Shown: positions 39,735 through 55,078, counted from the stretch's first letter. The stretch: DNA of 64,000 nt from the human T2T-CHM13v2.0 reference genome, Homo sapiens (GCF_009914755.1 NC_060937.1); one strand, 5' to 3'. Notes: generated by a model from the sequence alone, not told the origin. Program-made: numbers and translations.

Positions 39735-40430
39735 TCATGCATCCATCCATTCATCCATCCATCCATCTAGACATATATTCATCTTTCCATTCATCTATCT
39801 GTATGACAATTGTCTATTGAGAGGCTACTGTATGATGGGAAATAAACCAGGTACTGGAAATACAAAAATGAATGAAATAAAATCCTTAAATTTAAGTTGC
39901 TTAGGACCTCATGAAAAAAAGACAAGCATGCTGGTACCTAAAGCATAGCAGTTAATACTAGATGCTGAGTATTAAAATATAATAATAAGAGGTATAAATC
40001 ATACCTCTGTACCTTATTAGCTATATGACTCTGAAAATGTTACATAACTTTACTGTACCTCAATTTATTAATTTGTAGTGCCATCAATAAATGTACTATC
40101 TTTGGGGAAGATTATGGAAAAAGCACATAAATTTACCTAGTTGATTGGGGTGGAAGATGGAAGAAATGAGAAAAAAAATCAGAATATAGTTGATATCTTA
40201 AATGGTTTTCAAAGTCAACTTGTGACTGTAGGGAATGAAGGACTATAGGGACATGGAGATCTAATATGAAAAACATAGACATGAAAAGGCAGGGGTAATT
40301 TAGATAAAGGCTTTTTGAAATGGCCGAACTACAGGGTACATTTTAGCAGTGGGAGATGAGGGTAGCTGGATCACGGAGGAACTTGTCAACAACATACTGA
40401 GGCATTTGGACTTGAGCTAGCATGCCATCA
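39735..40430 (-). mobile_element. L2 3' region with (CCAT)n tail and an internal MIR fragment (~39970-40090)
   Basis: 'catccatccattcatccatcc...tattgagaggctactgtatg...ggtactggaaatacaaaaatgaatgaaa'; later 'gggagatgag...ggatcacggaggaacttgt...tgaggcatttggactt'. Confidence 0.65.
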
Positions 40431-41224
40431 TTTCTCAGACGTGGGTAACATATGGATGCCTTTTAAGGAAAATAACGCTTATGACTTCCATTGTTCACTT
40501 CAATTATTTATATCATATTCTTTCTTACATATGTATAAAACATATATAAAACAAAGTACAAACTCTTTACATAGAAAGCTCTTACATAACCAAAACAAAC
40601 TTATAAATTAAAAACAAATAGAATCATACAACAATGAGAATTCAAAGTTGAAAGAACGCTATTTTTCTTTTTGATTAAGTTGCTGCTCTGAAATGAACAT
40701 GCTTTGGTGCAGTTTTTTTGGCTTTCATTTGCCCATGCTAATAGTAACGGGCACTGTGTTATGGCTTAATTCAGTCTTCACGTCCCTCTATTTTAACTAT
40801 AGTGGAATCTTTACTTGTTTATATACCAGGCTGGGATGACATATGGGTCAAAGTCATTAACTTTCCCTATGTTATTTATGTTTTTATCTTAGCCACAACA
40901 ATAAACTGGCGTCACTGGTTGCTAATGAGACTTTCAGGTACTGAAATCCTGTGGTGGTGCTATGCCATCTTTATCATACAGAATAGGCTTATATTTATGT
41001 TTTGGATTAGCATTAAGCAATGCATACTTTGCCAATGCTTAAAGAAGTCCAGAAGCCCTGAGGCCATGGCCATAAAAATATCTTTGAAAAATACTTCCAG
41101 AAACAATAAAGGGTGCACTGAAGGGCTGAAAGTAAGGAAGAAATATGTATGGATTTTCTTTTGGAAAATTCACTGGGAACAGATAGAAAACAACACAGTC
41201 TAGGCAAAGGATGATTAAAAAAAT

Positions 41225-41760
41225 TTGTAGCAGCCATGGGAACAGAGAGGAAAAAACAGATTGGAGAATGAGATAGGTAGATAATCAACGGACTTGGTCT
41301 CAAATTGGATGTGGGATGTAAGGGAAATTGAAAATTTAAAGATGATTCTCCTATTTCTCTCACGGTTGCCTGGGTAGTAGGGCATGCCACTGGCAAATGG
41401 AGAGAATGTTAGAGATGGAGTAGGCTGTGGGAGGAAAAGAATGAGATTGGCTTTGGATACATTCCATCTGAAATGCAATAGCTGTGATAGAATAGACAAT
41501 CTGAAATATGAGCCTGGAGCTTAAGGAAAGAAATTATGCCTTGGATTGAGAATTGGTCATCATTGCATACCTGTGGTTGTCGTGGCTTTGGACTTGTGTG
41601 AGATTCCTACAGTAAGAGCATCAGGAGTTAGAAGAAAGCCAAAGATGGCCTCCCAAGGGATAGTGACACTTTTAGGTGGGCAGATGGAAGAACAGCTCCA
41701 AGAGAGACTGATGAGGGCCAGAGAGATGAATAGTCTCAGGAGAGCAGGCTGTCATTGGAG
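41225..41760 (-). mobile_element. L2 fragment
   Basis: 'ggacttggtctcaaattggatgtggg...aaagatgattctc...gggcatgccactggcaaatggagagaatg...atgagattggctttggatac...ttgagaattggtcatc'. Confidence 0.75.
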
Positions 41761-42094
41761 GTACTGCTGTGTCTTGCCTGAATCACTGTAGCATCCTCAT
41801 AAATTATTATCGTGCTTTAGATATTTCTGTTCTCAAATCCATTTCCATCTTTGATGCCATAGTAAATATTTTAAGTCAGAACTATTTCTTCTTGGTAATC
41901 TAGTATGTTTAAATGTTATTTATGCTTTTCCACTATTGTTTAACTTGTGGTCCTCTACAAATATCACATCTTCTGCTATGTATATGGTGGCAAACATAGA
42001 TTAAATCAGGATAATATTTGCAAAGGTAGATCCTTACAAAAGAAGCATGGTTCTTTCCATCTTACATGCTTTCCATTTTTGAGTGCCCCAGGGC

Positions 42095-42185
42095 TCATCT
42101 ATCTATTACCCATCTATCTATTATCTATCATCATCTATCTATCTTTCCATCTGTCTGTCTAGCTATCCATCATCTGTCATCATCT
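42095..42185. repeat. Degenerate (TATC/CATC)n simple repeat
   Basis: 'catctatctattacccatctatctattatctatcatcatctatctatct'. Confidence 0.75.
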
Positions 42186-43290
42186 TGAGCTCTAAAATTT
42201 ATATCCAGCTACCTACTTGCATTCTGCACTTGGCTCATCAGTAAACATCTCAACTTTGAATGTCCTCATTCTCTGAACTGTTTTTTCCCAAGTGGTGCCA
42301 TCTGAGTAAGCCAAAATTGAACAATAATCTTTTATTTTCTTCTACTCTTATCTCAAACATTAAAACGTCAGCTAATTCTTAATAGTACATCCTTAATTCA
42401 AATATGTATCTCCTCCAAGTCCCCATTAACTGTCACTTAGATGCTGTAACCTTGGTCAGAGTTCTTCAGAGAAACAGAACCAACAGAACTATATATATTA
42501 CTCTCTCTCTCTCTTTCTGCCTCTCTCTCTCTGTGTCTGTGTGATCATATATAATCAGGAATTGGTTGAGTCTAAATCAAAAGGCAGGAGAAGATCAGTG
42601 TCCTGTCTTGAACACAGTCAGGCAGAGAGAGCGAATTCACCATTCCTCCGCTTTTTGTTCTATTCTGGCCTTCAATAGATTGGATGAGGCCCATCCACAC
42701 TGGGGAGGGACATCTGCTTTACTCAGCCTGCTGATTCAGATGTTAATCTCATCAAGAAACATCCTCATAGACACATGCAGCAATAACGTTGAAACAAATA
42801 TCTGGGCATCTGGTAACCAAGTCAAGTTGACACATAAAATTAACCATCACAGATGCTCCCCTACTCCTTTGTGCTCACTGCCTTACAGTCTAGTTTTCAC
42901 ACAGCCATATAAATTATATTTTAAAAAATTAACTCTGTTTAAATCATTTCCTGACCTGAAACCCTCTAACAACTTCCCAATGGCCCTATAATAAAACCCA
43001 AACTCCTTACCATGGTGTCTAAAACCCTATATGAGATCTACCATCCTTGAAAATCCTGCTGCTCATTGTGGTCCAGCCAGATGGACCTCCCTTCTGTCCT
43101 TTCTGATCTTCTGTGTACTCCCCAAGTAGGCAAAGCACTTTGCTATCCTAGGGCCTCTAATCTTCTGTCTCATTTCTCAGAGTTTTTCAGAACTGCTTTC
43201 TTCTTATCATTCTAGTCTCAGCTCAAATATCACCTCTTGGGATACAGCTTCCCCATAGCCATATCTAAAGCATCATTCTGGCCTTCATCT
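42186..43290 (+). mobile_element. L2, interrupted by an MLT2 LTR
   Basis: 'tgagctctaaaatttatatccagctacctacttgc...catctcaa'; after the LTR 'aataaaacccaaactccttaccatgg...tctcagctcaaatatcacctc'. Confidence 0.75.
42445..42851 (-). mobile_element. MLT2 (ERVL) solo LTR
   Basis: 'cagagaaacagaaccaacag...caagtcaagttgacacataaaattaaccatcaca'; perfect TSD GATGC (42440-42444 and 42852-42856); internal (CT)n. Confidence 0.92.
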
Positions 43291-43364
43291 GCTCACTCAG
43301 TTGTGCTACCTTGGGAGGTTACAGAAAGAAACATTCCCACCAGCTGGGAAGTCTGGAGAGCAAT

Positions 43365-43582
43365 AAAAAGTTGTGGATACCTGAACATGTCAAATCTGAC
43401 CCTAAAGTTTAACTCTGCCTCTTACCAATGTGCCTAGTTATGAAACATTTTTGGATCTCAGTCTTCTCACCTAAGGCAGGGAAATGATTATCTCACAGCT
43501 GTAGTGAGAATCAAGTAAAAGCAACATGAAAAACATACCACATGACTGAGATCCTAGCACATGATAATTGCTTACCAAATAT
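43365..43582 (+). mobile_element. MIR SINE
   Basis: 'tcaaatctgaccctaaagtttaactctgcctcttaccaatgtg...ctcagtcttctcacct...gtagtgagaatcaagt...cctagcacatgataattgct'. Confidence 0.65.
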
Positions 43583-44061
43583 AATTCCCTTTCCATCACC
43601 CCCATTCCTACTCCTTTTCTGTTTTTTTTTTGTGCGGAATTGTTTAGAATATAATATGTTAGATATAAAAGACATTGTGGCTTCTATCTTGAATTTGTCT
43701 CACTCTCCAGTTTTTATAATCTAAAAATTAACTAAATATACTGGAAAGTCAGCCATCCAAGTCACCAAGGAAGGTTTTTAAAAAGACTCACTCACTGAAC
43801 CCATCCCAGGGTATTGTACCAAGCCTCTGTCAACACTTGGCAGAGACTGCAGCATTCATGAATTCTGGAGCTATTTGAGAAAATATCAGAGGAACTTCTG
43901 CAAGGAGTTACTTTTCAGATTCCATAGAAGTCTGCTGCATTAACCCTTTGTTTTCAATCCTGTCATGACCTTGCAATTCTATAAACACAACCCTAAGCCA
44001 CATACAGACTCTGCGTTTAGACTGACTTGACCTAACTGACCACCATTTGTGTATGTTGAAT

Positions 44062-44287
44062 GAGACGTCATCAGATCAGAGCCTGTAGGCCAAGTTTAGC
44101 TGTCAACCTGCTTGTGTCTAAAAAGGGTTTTTTTTTCAAGCAGCCACGCTTATTTATTTACATATTGTTCAAAGCTTCTTTCACACTAAAAGGGCAGAAT
44201 GGAGTTGTTGCAACAGAGACCAGATGGTCAGAATATCCTAGAATATTTACTCTTTGGTCCTTCACAGTAAAAGTTCCCAGATGCCTG
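44062..44287 (+). mobile_element. MER58A-like (hAT-Charlie)
   Basis: 'gcctgtaggccaa...cagccacgcttatttatttacatattg...gttgcaacagagacc...aatatttactctttggtccttcacagtaaaagtt...cctg'. Confidence 0.85.
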
Positions 44288-44598
44288 TGTTATGCTGTCT
44301 ATCCCTTTTTATTGCCATCTTTTTAGTGACAAAGCACGTGTTGAGGACTTATTGAATGCCATTCCCTGGGCTGTACACTGAGAGTAGAGCAGGGAACTAA
44401 AGCAGCTGCTGTTCTCGCGGAGTCCACAGTCCACATCAATAACTCACAACCAACTGTTGGAGATCAACTATTGTTGCCCACTTTCTCTCATTGGTCTCTG
44501 CTCAGAGGATACTGTTAAGGAAAGTAACAATAAAAAAGAAGATGCTTCGTATACAAGACTTTTCCCCCACACCTAAAGTTTGTCCTGGTTCAAATCCC

Positions 44599-46387
<1,789 letters not shown>

Positions 46388-47294
46388 ATTTAGTTTTTTA
46401 AATTTAACTTCATTTATTACTCAATTTATTTGTGAATAAAATTTTTAATGCAGATAGAAAAAAGATAATATAACAAAGTTATATTTAAAATAAGGTGCAT
46501 TTTATATGTTTGCACATTTGTGAATCAAAACGTGAAAAGTCTTTTCAGAAATTAAAAATATGAGGATATTATCTAATTCTGTCTTCTTTGTAAAATCGGA
46601 TTTTTGTATTATCTTTTCTCTTTTGAACAAAATTTAGATTTTTTCATTTTCCCTTGAAATATTTTAGTATTTTACTTTTACAATTCAAGTTTCTAATGTA
46701 TAGAACACTAAATTAACTTTATCCCTCCCTGTTCTAATGTTCTATGGTCCAGGAAAAAAAAATCCTCAATTTTTCACAGATCTTTAAAAGGAGGCAGGGT
46801 GATGTCAGAGTGAGAACCACATTTCCCACCTCCTTTGAGTCTTTGTGTCTACCATCTTTGTTTCTCTGAATGTTTTTGAACTTGGCTGTTCCCCTTTCTC
46901 AATTTCGCTCTTGAGCTCTGTACTGTTGAAACAGCCTTACTGAGTGACTTATGACTCAGTTTTTCTGACTTTGCTTGGTCAAGGGCTCTCACTGGCTGCA
47001 TGGCAACTTCTCAGGCCTCATCTCATCACAGAGCGCCCAGGAGCCTGGGTTTGGTGCACAGACCCTGTGAGGTGCAAAGCTCAAGGAACACTTTTACCCT
47101 TCTCCTGTGTTCATCTCCTCCACACCTTTCCACAGCTCCTTAAGTCCCTCCCACCTCGCTGCAGTGATCATCTTAGAATCTGAAGATAGACAGCTTTTAT
47201 CTGTGGCCCCCTTTCCATTCATATATCCGTTTTCTATTTCTTACCTGTCTTTTGGACTGGGGATCAATTATTGTGCTAATCCTAAAAATAATTA

Positions 47295-47485
47295 TGGCAA
47301 GAGAGGCGATCATCTACGGAGCATGTATTACGTCCCAGCCACTGTGACAAATCATTCATATTCAGAAAGCTCTTTTAACCTCACATCTCCCATCAAGATG
47401 AAAATTATTAGGCCAATTTAGAGTTACAGAAACCTACGCTTAGTAAAGCATTATTTGAAATCTGACTGTGAAGCTGATTCAGAGA
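47295..47485 (-). mobile_element. MIR SINE
   Basis: 'catctacggagcatgtattacgtcccagccactgtgaca...ttttaacctcaca...attattaggccaattt'. Confidence 0.65.
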
Positions 47486-50400
47486 CTACATCTATCTCAG
47501 TTCCAGGCTCATTTAGTTTGTACTGGGCCTTACGACTTCATATCCCCATTTTATCCCTTTCCTTCAACACATTCCTGAACATTCTGAATTTCAAACCTGC
47601 CCCTCCAGTACCTGATGTACATATCTATTTCCCTTATCTAAGGAAACCTCAGTATCTCTCTCTTCATGGTCTCCTTTGCTTTTCTTTAAAAATACTCCAC
47701 TGAAGACTGCATTACTTCATGTGTATTCGTGATCCTTTTCCACTACTATCTTGACGGAATAATTATTATAAACCTTTTAGGTGACTAAGCTGTTTTGGGC
47801 ATGGATGCAAATAAACATGAAAATATATTTGTCAATTCCTGGATGGATAGACAAGGCTTTTTCTTATGAAATATAAACTAAATACATAGAGAAAGATTTG
47901 CTCTAAGTTATGTGGGAATTTACTAATCCAGTATAAAGGAGGTTTCTTGGTTTTCAACCTTAAATTCTCTGCTTTATTTAATTTTGGTTTTTCTTTTACC
48001 TTCTGACTCTTTACATTTCTGACACCTTTTCCTCCCTTTGAATCTTTTATCTTGGCTGTTTTCTCTTCTCTTTGTTCCGTTTCTATCTCCCAAAGCTTTG
48101 TTCTGAGTTATTTTCTTCTTCTTTTTCATTATTTTTCTTTGCTATATTACAACTCTTAAGTGGTTTTCATTCATTATCCCCAATCCTCAAATACAATACT
48201 CCTTTTATAGATGAGGAGAAACTTTTACAAATTAATTAAGAAACTCAAGGAAGTTCTTACAGCTGGTGTTAAAATGGGTGGGGATGAGATTCAATCTACC
48301 CTGTGATAGTTCTCCATCACCATGTTGGTTTAAAACAGTTTATTTTTTATGTAATAATTATTTTGTCCGGCTTAATGACACAATGAGAGTATTTCAAGCA
48401 AATTATGTTGGAAGTAATTTGGTTTGGTTTGGTTTGATGATTGCATTTAGAGAGATGAAAGATGAAAGTGGGGTCTGGAAGCCAATGAAGTCATTGTGAA
48501 ACTGCTGGAGTGTTATTCTAAGCAAACAACTTTCTTAATTTCTACAGTATCTAGGGATCTATTGCTATGATCTCCAGCAGAGCCTTCTAACTGTTGTTAA
48601 CAATTAATTTTCCAATTTTGTTTTAAAGAGAATGGATATTTCCCTTTAAGCCTCTCTTGATGCAGGCCCAATCATAAAAAAAAAATAGTCTAAAGAAAAA
48701 GGAAGGATCAGGCAGATGTGCAACCCTTTTCCTTTCTACATCAGGAAAAGATCATGGTCAGTTAGAAAATTTCTTTGTTTTTTTCATTCTATTCTCTGGG
48801 TCACCTGGCAGTTAGCAACCTTGTGGGTCGGTGGGGGAGGAAAGAGCATGAGGAAAAATGCTTTGTCCCTTCTTTCTATAAATTTAAGCCCATTTCCTCT
48901 TGTCCTTTCTCAGGGGTAAGCTTATATTTCCATTTTAAATATGAGCTCCCAAAGGGCATTAACCATGTCCTTTTTACTTAACTGCATTTTATTTTTTTAA
49001 GTGTGATGCTGTGTTCACATAACTGATCTACAGTCATAGGAAGAAAATGATGAAAACTGCATTCCAGTGACTATAAGCTAATATTTTATAGGCCACTGTA
49101 ATGAAAGTTTTGGTCATGATTGTAAATCATACCTAGAATATACATTACTTATTATCTGTATTAAAAATATTGTGAATATATCATAAAATACTAGGTATTT
49201 TGGTTTGAACTCTCCCAATTAGGGTTTTGTGATAGTTAGCCAAAGCAGAATAGTATTTACCTCTGCACTCTGCGTGGAATGAGGACATTTATAGCCAAGA
49301 AATTGATAGCATAAACAAAGGCACAGGGGCATGTTTCACTTCTCTGTGCAGTTTTGTAGAAGTGGACTACAATGTTTTTATAGATTTTATAGAATGATTT
49401 TACAGAAGTGGATTATAATGCTCTAATGGGTTATAATTTTGTAAACTCATGATAAACCACATGTATATTTTAAAACATGGAACATTTCAGCTCGAATGTG
49501 AATTCTAAAGTCATGATATTTATAATACATGAAAGTAATTAAAACATATTTTCTTATTATTTACCTGTTACAAAAACACTTAGGCAAAACCACCTTGCTG
49601 TGATTCCATGCAAATTAGTAAATAGTTACACATATTACTAATTCTTTTTAAATTTTTTTCTCTTCCTTCTTTTCTTTATTCCTTTATGGTTCTTTCCCCC
49701 CCTCTTTTCTTACACAAGGAATTACAAACAAAATATATTTTAATATATTAGGTGGTTTCCTTTGGCAAAGCTGTGAATCTAGATAATGGGGCACATTGGG
49801 CTTATGTTTTTATGTACAAATCTTCTCTGTTTGAGGAATAGCATTTTAACTTATTTCTTTCTCTATGAACTTTCAAATGGAAGGCAATTCATTTTGGTTT
49901 CCTGTCATAGTTCAGTGGAAGACAGCTTTTGCTCTGGTTTAAGGATCTCTATTTTCCAAACCCTGGGAGGTTAAAAAGTTACCTTCACTGATTAACAGAG
50001 AAATGAGTAAATGTGTGCCTGGAGAGCTAGGAGCTTGGAGAGATGGGGTGTTGAGGTTATGTACATTTTAAATGAATTCTGATTTTATTAAATTCATTTG
50101 CATAATTTGAAGAATGCATGCGGGTTGCATAAAATACTTCTTTAGGGTTGCTCATCTTCATAATTTCTGCAATTTTGTGTCTATGAATGCTTAATAGATT
50201 TTCCCTGTTTTTCTCTCTTGCCCCACTCCTTTTTAATTGATAGTTCTAATTCATTTGTACTAAGTTTAGCCTCAGGAGATAAAAATAGCAGGAAATGCCC
50301 AGACGCCCTCTCCTTGGAAGATTCTCAGGAGAGAGCAGTCTGCTTTTCAGGAAAATGCCTGTTTTTCTCTTTGCTTGCCATCAGTAAGGACTTACTTTGC

Positions 50401-51118
50401 ACTTTTGCTAGAAGGTCAGCCCAGCTGGCGAGCTTATTTCATTGAATAATGAGGACTGGGCAACCTAGAGCACTCCCATGGCAGAGCATTTTTATGAGGT
50501 TGGAGTCAATTGGAAACACAGTGTATAACCCTTATTTTCCCTCTTTCTGACCAAATCTTGCATTTTCCTAATTGTATTATATTTTTGTGTACCAAGAAAT
50601 TTGAGATGCTACACAGGGGATAATCCTACACAATAGAGAACTCTAAAAGAAATTAGGCCAAATTTAGGCAACAGAGTCAACAAGGCACTGCAAAATAACT
50701 GGTGTTGATTGATGCTCATCAGGGAAGCTTGGGCTGAGACTTGCTCTTTATGTCAAAGCACAAGGTGGTTTTCAGTTTTCCCACATCCACACTTCCCTGA
50801 GAAACCCCTCAAGTGGTCAAATAATTTTGATTGTTAATTCTCCTTGCAACATACATTATACACCACCTGAATGTCATTGGAGTAATGCTAGGCTCTGTAT
50901 ACTGATCAAACTGAGGTTCATAGTTATTTTTAATATTTCAGCAATGACAGCCTATATAATAATCTAGCTATCTGTAGACACAGCACAAGCCTTGAAGTTG
51001 AGAAAGTGTAGCCTGACTTAATGCTCCATCGTTTACTGTCAATGGGTGAAGGAGAGTCATTGAGTGTCCTAGTTTCATTATTCATACAGTGGAGTTGTTA
51101 ATAATAGTGACAATAATA

Positions 51119-51212
51119 AGCTGGGTGCAGTGGCTCACACATGTAATTCCAGCACTTTGGGAGGCTGAGGCAGGCAGGTGGATCACCTGAAGTTCACGTG
51201 ATCACCTGAGGT
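51119..51212 (+). mobile_element. Alu 5' stub (first ~80 bp only) inside a MIR
   Basis: 'gctgggtgcagtggctcacacatgtaattccagcactttgggaggctgaggcagg...gatcacctga' then stops; MIR-like sequence at ~51000-51118 and just after 51212. Confidence 0.85.
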
Positions 51213-51350
51213 GTAAGCTTTAACACTATGCCCATGACAGCTGCATGTTCTGTTGTTCCTTCCTATCATTGTGCAAGCTCTACCCCTCTATGGCTAATTT
51301 CTGGCTTATTTGAATATAGCAATGACTACACGAGTTGTTGAAAACAGTCT

Positions 51351-53670
51351 TGCATTAGTCCCTTCTCACACTGCTGCTAAAGACAAACCCAAGACTGGGT
51401 AATTTATAAAGAAAAGAGGTTTAATTGATTCACAGTTCAGCATGGCTGGGGGCTTCAGGAAACTTAGAATCATGGTGGAAGGGTAAGCAAAAGTGTTGTT
51501 CTTTACATGGCAGCAGCAAAGTGCCAAGCAAAATGGGGAAAAGCTCATTTTAAAACCATCAAATCTCATGAAAACTCACTATCATCAGAACAGTATCGGG
51601 GAAACTACCCCCATGATTTGATTATCTCCACCTGGTCCACCCTTAACATGTGGGAATTATAATTCAAGGTGAGATTTGGGTGGAGACACAGAGCCAAACC
51701 ATATCATTCCTCACCTGGCCCCTCCTGAATCTCATGTCCTCACTTTTAAAAACACAATCATGCCCTTCCAACAGTCCCCCAAAGTCTTAACTCATTTCAG
51801 CATTAACCCAGAAGTCCACAGTCCAAAGTCTCATCTGAACCAAGGCAAGTCCTTTTAGCCTATGAGCCTGTAAAATTAAAAGCAAGTTGGTTACTTCATA
51901 GAGACAATGGTGATGCAAGCATTGGGAAAATACACCCTTTTCAAATGGGAGAAATTGGTCAAAACAAAGGGGTTACAAGCCCCAAGCAAGTCCAAAATCT
52001 AACGAGGCAGTACTTAAATTTTAAAACTCTGAAATAATCTCCTTTGACTCAATGTCTCACATCCAGGTCATGCTGATGCAAGAGGTGGGCTCCTATAGCC
52101 TGCCCCTGTGGCTTTGTAGAGTACAGCCCCCTCCCAGCTCCTTTCACAGGCTGGCATTGAGTCACTGTGGCTTTTCCAGGTGCATGATGGAAGCTGTCAG
52201 TGGATCTAACATTCTGGGGTCTAGAGGACAGTGGCTTTTATCTCACAGCTCCACTAGGCAGTGCCCCAGAAAGCACTCTGTGTGAGGGCTCCAACCTCAC
52301 ATTTCCCTTCTGCATGCTCCTAACAGAGGTTCTCCATGAGGGCTCTGCCCCTGCAGCAGACTTCTGCCTGGACATCCAAGTGTTTCCATATATCCTCTGA
52401 ACACTAGACAGATGTTACCAAACCTCAGTTCTTGACTTTTTGCTTCCGCAGGCTCAACACCACGTGGAAGCTGCTAAGGCTTGGGGCTTATACACTTTGA
52501 AGCAACAGCCTGAGCTCTACATTAACCCCTTTTAGCCATGGCTGGGACACAGGTCACCAAGTCCTAATACTGCATAAAGCAGCAAGGCCCTGGGCCCAGC
52601 CCACAGAACCATTTTTCCTCCTAGGCCTCAGGGCTTGTGATGGGAGGGGCTGCTGTGAGGACCTCTGACTTGCCCTGGAGACATTTCCCTATTATCTTGG
52701 TGATTAACATTTGGCTCCTCTTTACTTATGCAAATTTCTGCAGCTGGCTTGAATTTCTCATAAGAAAATGGGTTTTTCTTTTCTATCACATCGTCAGACT
52801 GAAAAATCTTCTGAACTTTCATGCCCTGCTTCCCTTTTAAACATAAGTTCCAATTCCAAACCATATCTTTGTGAATACTTAAAACTGAGTGCTTTTAACA
52901 GCACTCAAGTCACCTCTTGAATGCTTCGCTGCTTAAAAAATTTCTTCCATCAGATACTGTAAACCATCTCTCTCAACTTCAAAGTTCCATAGATCTCTAG
53001 GGCAGAGGCAAAATGCCACTATTCTTTTTGCTAAAATATAGCAAGATCAGCTTTATTCCATTTCCCAACAAGTTCCTCATCTCCATCTGGGACTACCTTA
53101 GCCTGGACTTTATTGTCCATGTCACTATCAGCATTTTGGACAAAGCCATTCAACAAGTCTCTAGGAAGTTCCAAACTTTCCCACATCTTCCTGTCTTTTT
53201 CCAAGCCTTGCAAACTGTTCCATCCTCTACCCAGTTCCAAAGTTGCTTGTACATTATTGGGTATCTTTACAGCAGCACCCTACTCTACCGGTACCAATTT
53301 ACTCTATTAGTCTGTTTTCACACTGCTAATAAAGACATACCCAAGACTGGTAATTTATAAAGAAAAGAGATTTAATTGACTCACAGTTCAGCATGGCTGG
53401 GGGCTTCAGGAAACTTACAATGATAGTGGAAGGTGAAGCAAACACATCCTTCTTCCCATAGTGGCAACAAAGAGAAGTGCCAAGGAAAAGGGGGAAAAGC
53501 TCCTTATAAAACCATCAGATTTCATGAGAACTCACTCACTATCATGAGAACAGCATGGGGGAAACTGCCCCCGTGATTCAATTATCTCTACCTGGTCCTC
53601 CCCTTGACATGTGGGGATTATTACAATTCAAGGTGAGATTTGGGTGGAAACACAGAGCCAAGCCATTTCA
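51351..53670 (-). mobile_element. Complete THE1 element (THE1C/D-like): LTR 51351-51706, internal 51707-53302, LTR 53303-53670
   Basis: Two direct-repeat LTRs; typical THE1-int sequence; PPT complement 'ttcctcacctggcccctcc' next to the left LTR; 'gtaccaatttac' next to the right LTR; perfect TSD AGTCT (51346-51350 and 53671-53675). Confidence 0.97.
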
Positions 53671-54734
53671 AGTCTACTCTGGGTTTTGTTGCAAATATTT
53701 TATTGCTCATTTGAAAACTTGTAACAGTTATTGCTAAAAGGATAAGGACACGCTAAGCAGTGAGACTTACGCAGTTCCTTTGGCTCATTTACTTGACTTA
53801 ATCTAATCAACCTCATGAGATTTTTTTTTTTTTTATCAGTCAAACAAGTGCACCAAGTTTTGTCCTTGTTGTTTCTGCTTTTGGTATTTGTAGCAGTTCC
53901 TTGCTTATTTTGATAAGGACATATCTGATAAGACTGAGGTCAGATTTTCTATTTGCCTCTGTCACTGATAAATGAGAAATTCTGTCCTTTGTACCTAGAC
54001 TTGTACTTTATATTATAAAACCATTCCGCTTTCATTTAGCACCTATTTGAATATATTTAACTTATCAACCAAGAAAATGATTCCTTAGAAATGGGACTTT
54101 TTACATTGGTGATTTCTTTGGGTTCTATTTAAGGTCTTACTCCATTTTGTAATGTCACATTCTTTTTATCTGTAGTGGAGATGGTAGGATGTGTCAGTGG
54201 AATCTTTTTATGTTAATATAGATATCTACTCCTCTGGAGGAATTTTGAATGCTAGAGAGATATCTTATTTCTAATGTTAAAAATCCTCACCATGTTCATA
54301 CTGGCTAAAGTCATTACTGATTTCTTTGGAGTTCAGTTGAAAGTGAATTATATTTCATTTTTCTTTGTGTTTAATGTTATCATATCATGTTATTATGTTA
54401 TTATAATAATAGTAACATTAGAGCAAGTTTCATACGTGGAATATTCTCTTTCCTAAGCTTTTCCCGAGTTTTCCCAAATTCTTGAATTCAAGAACAAGTC
54501 TTTTAAAATACATTCTGAAGGTGACTGTGGGAACATGGCAACTTGAACATAACTTGCTTGCACTCTACTACTCATCCTGAAGCAATTTGTTTTGTTTTTC
54601 TTGAGACAAGTGACTGCTGTGGAAGGGAGCTATTGGTTTTGGTGAACTTTTAGGAGGTGGAGAAAAGAGTCGCTTCCTCCTTGGCAATCGGGAGAAGGTC
54701 AGCTTTGACCTCAAGTGAATTGTCTTTTCTTTTT

Positions 54735-55078
54735 TGTTTATACAGTTGTTAAAAATTGAGAAGTTAAAATTGTATAGAGTTATGGTACGTACCACGATGT
54801 TTTGATATATGTATACAATTGATTAAGGTATTTAAACATTTGCATTACCTCACATATTTATCAATTTGGAGGCTGAGGACATTTTACTCTCTTAATAATT
54901 TTTAAGTATTTTTAGTAACTGTAGTCACCATGGTGTACAACAGATCTCTTAAACTTATTCTCCCTGTCTAATTGAAATTTTGTGTTCTTTGACCAACATC
55001 CCCTCAATCCCTTCACCCCTAGCCTTTTGTTGCAACCATTTACTCTATGTCTTTGAGTTCAACTATTTTAGATTTCAG
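54735..55078 (-). mobile_element. L1MA 3' end fragment
   Basis: 'aaaattgtata...gatgttttgatatatgtataca...cattacctcacata...gtcaccatggtgtacaacagatctcttaaacttattc...tttgaccaacatc'. Confidence 0.88.

Noticed and set aside
40430-41200. Possible DNA transposon and 133-aa ORF
   Set aside because: No terminal inverted repeats or transposase motifs that I can confirm.
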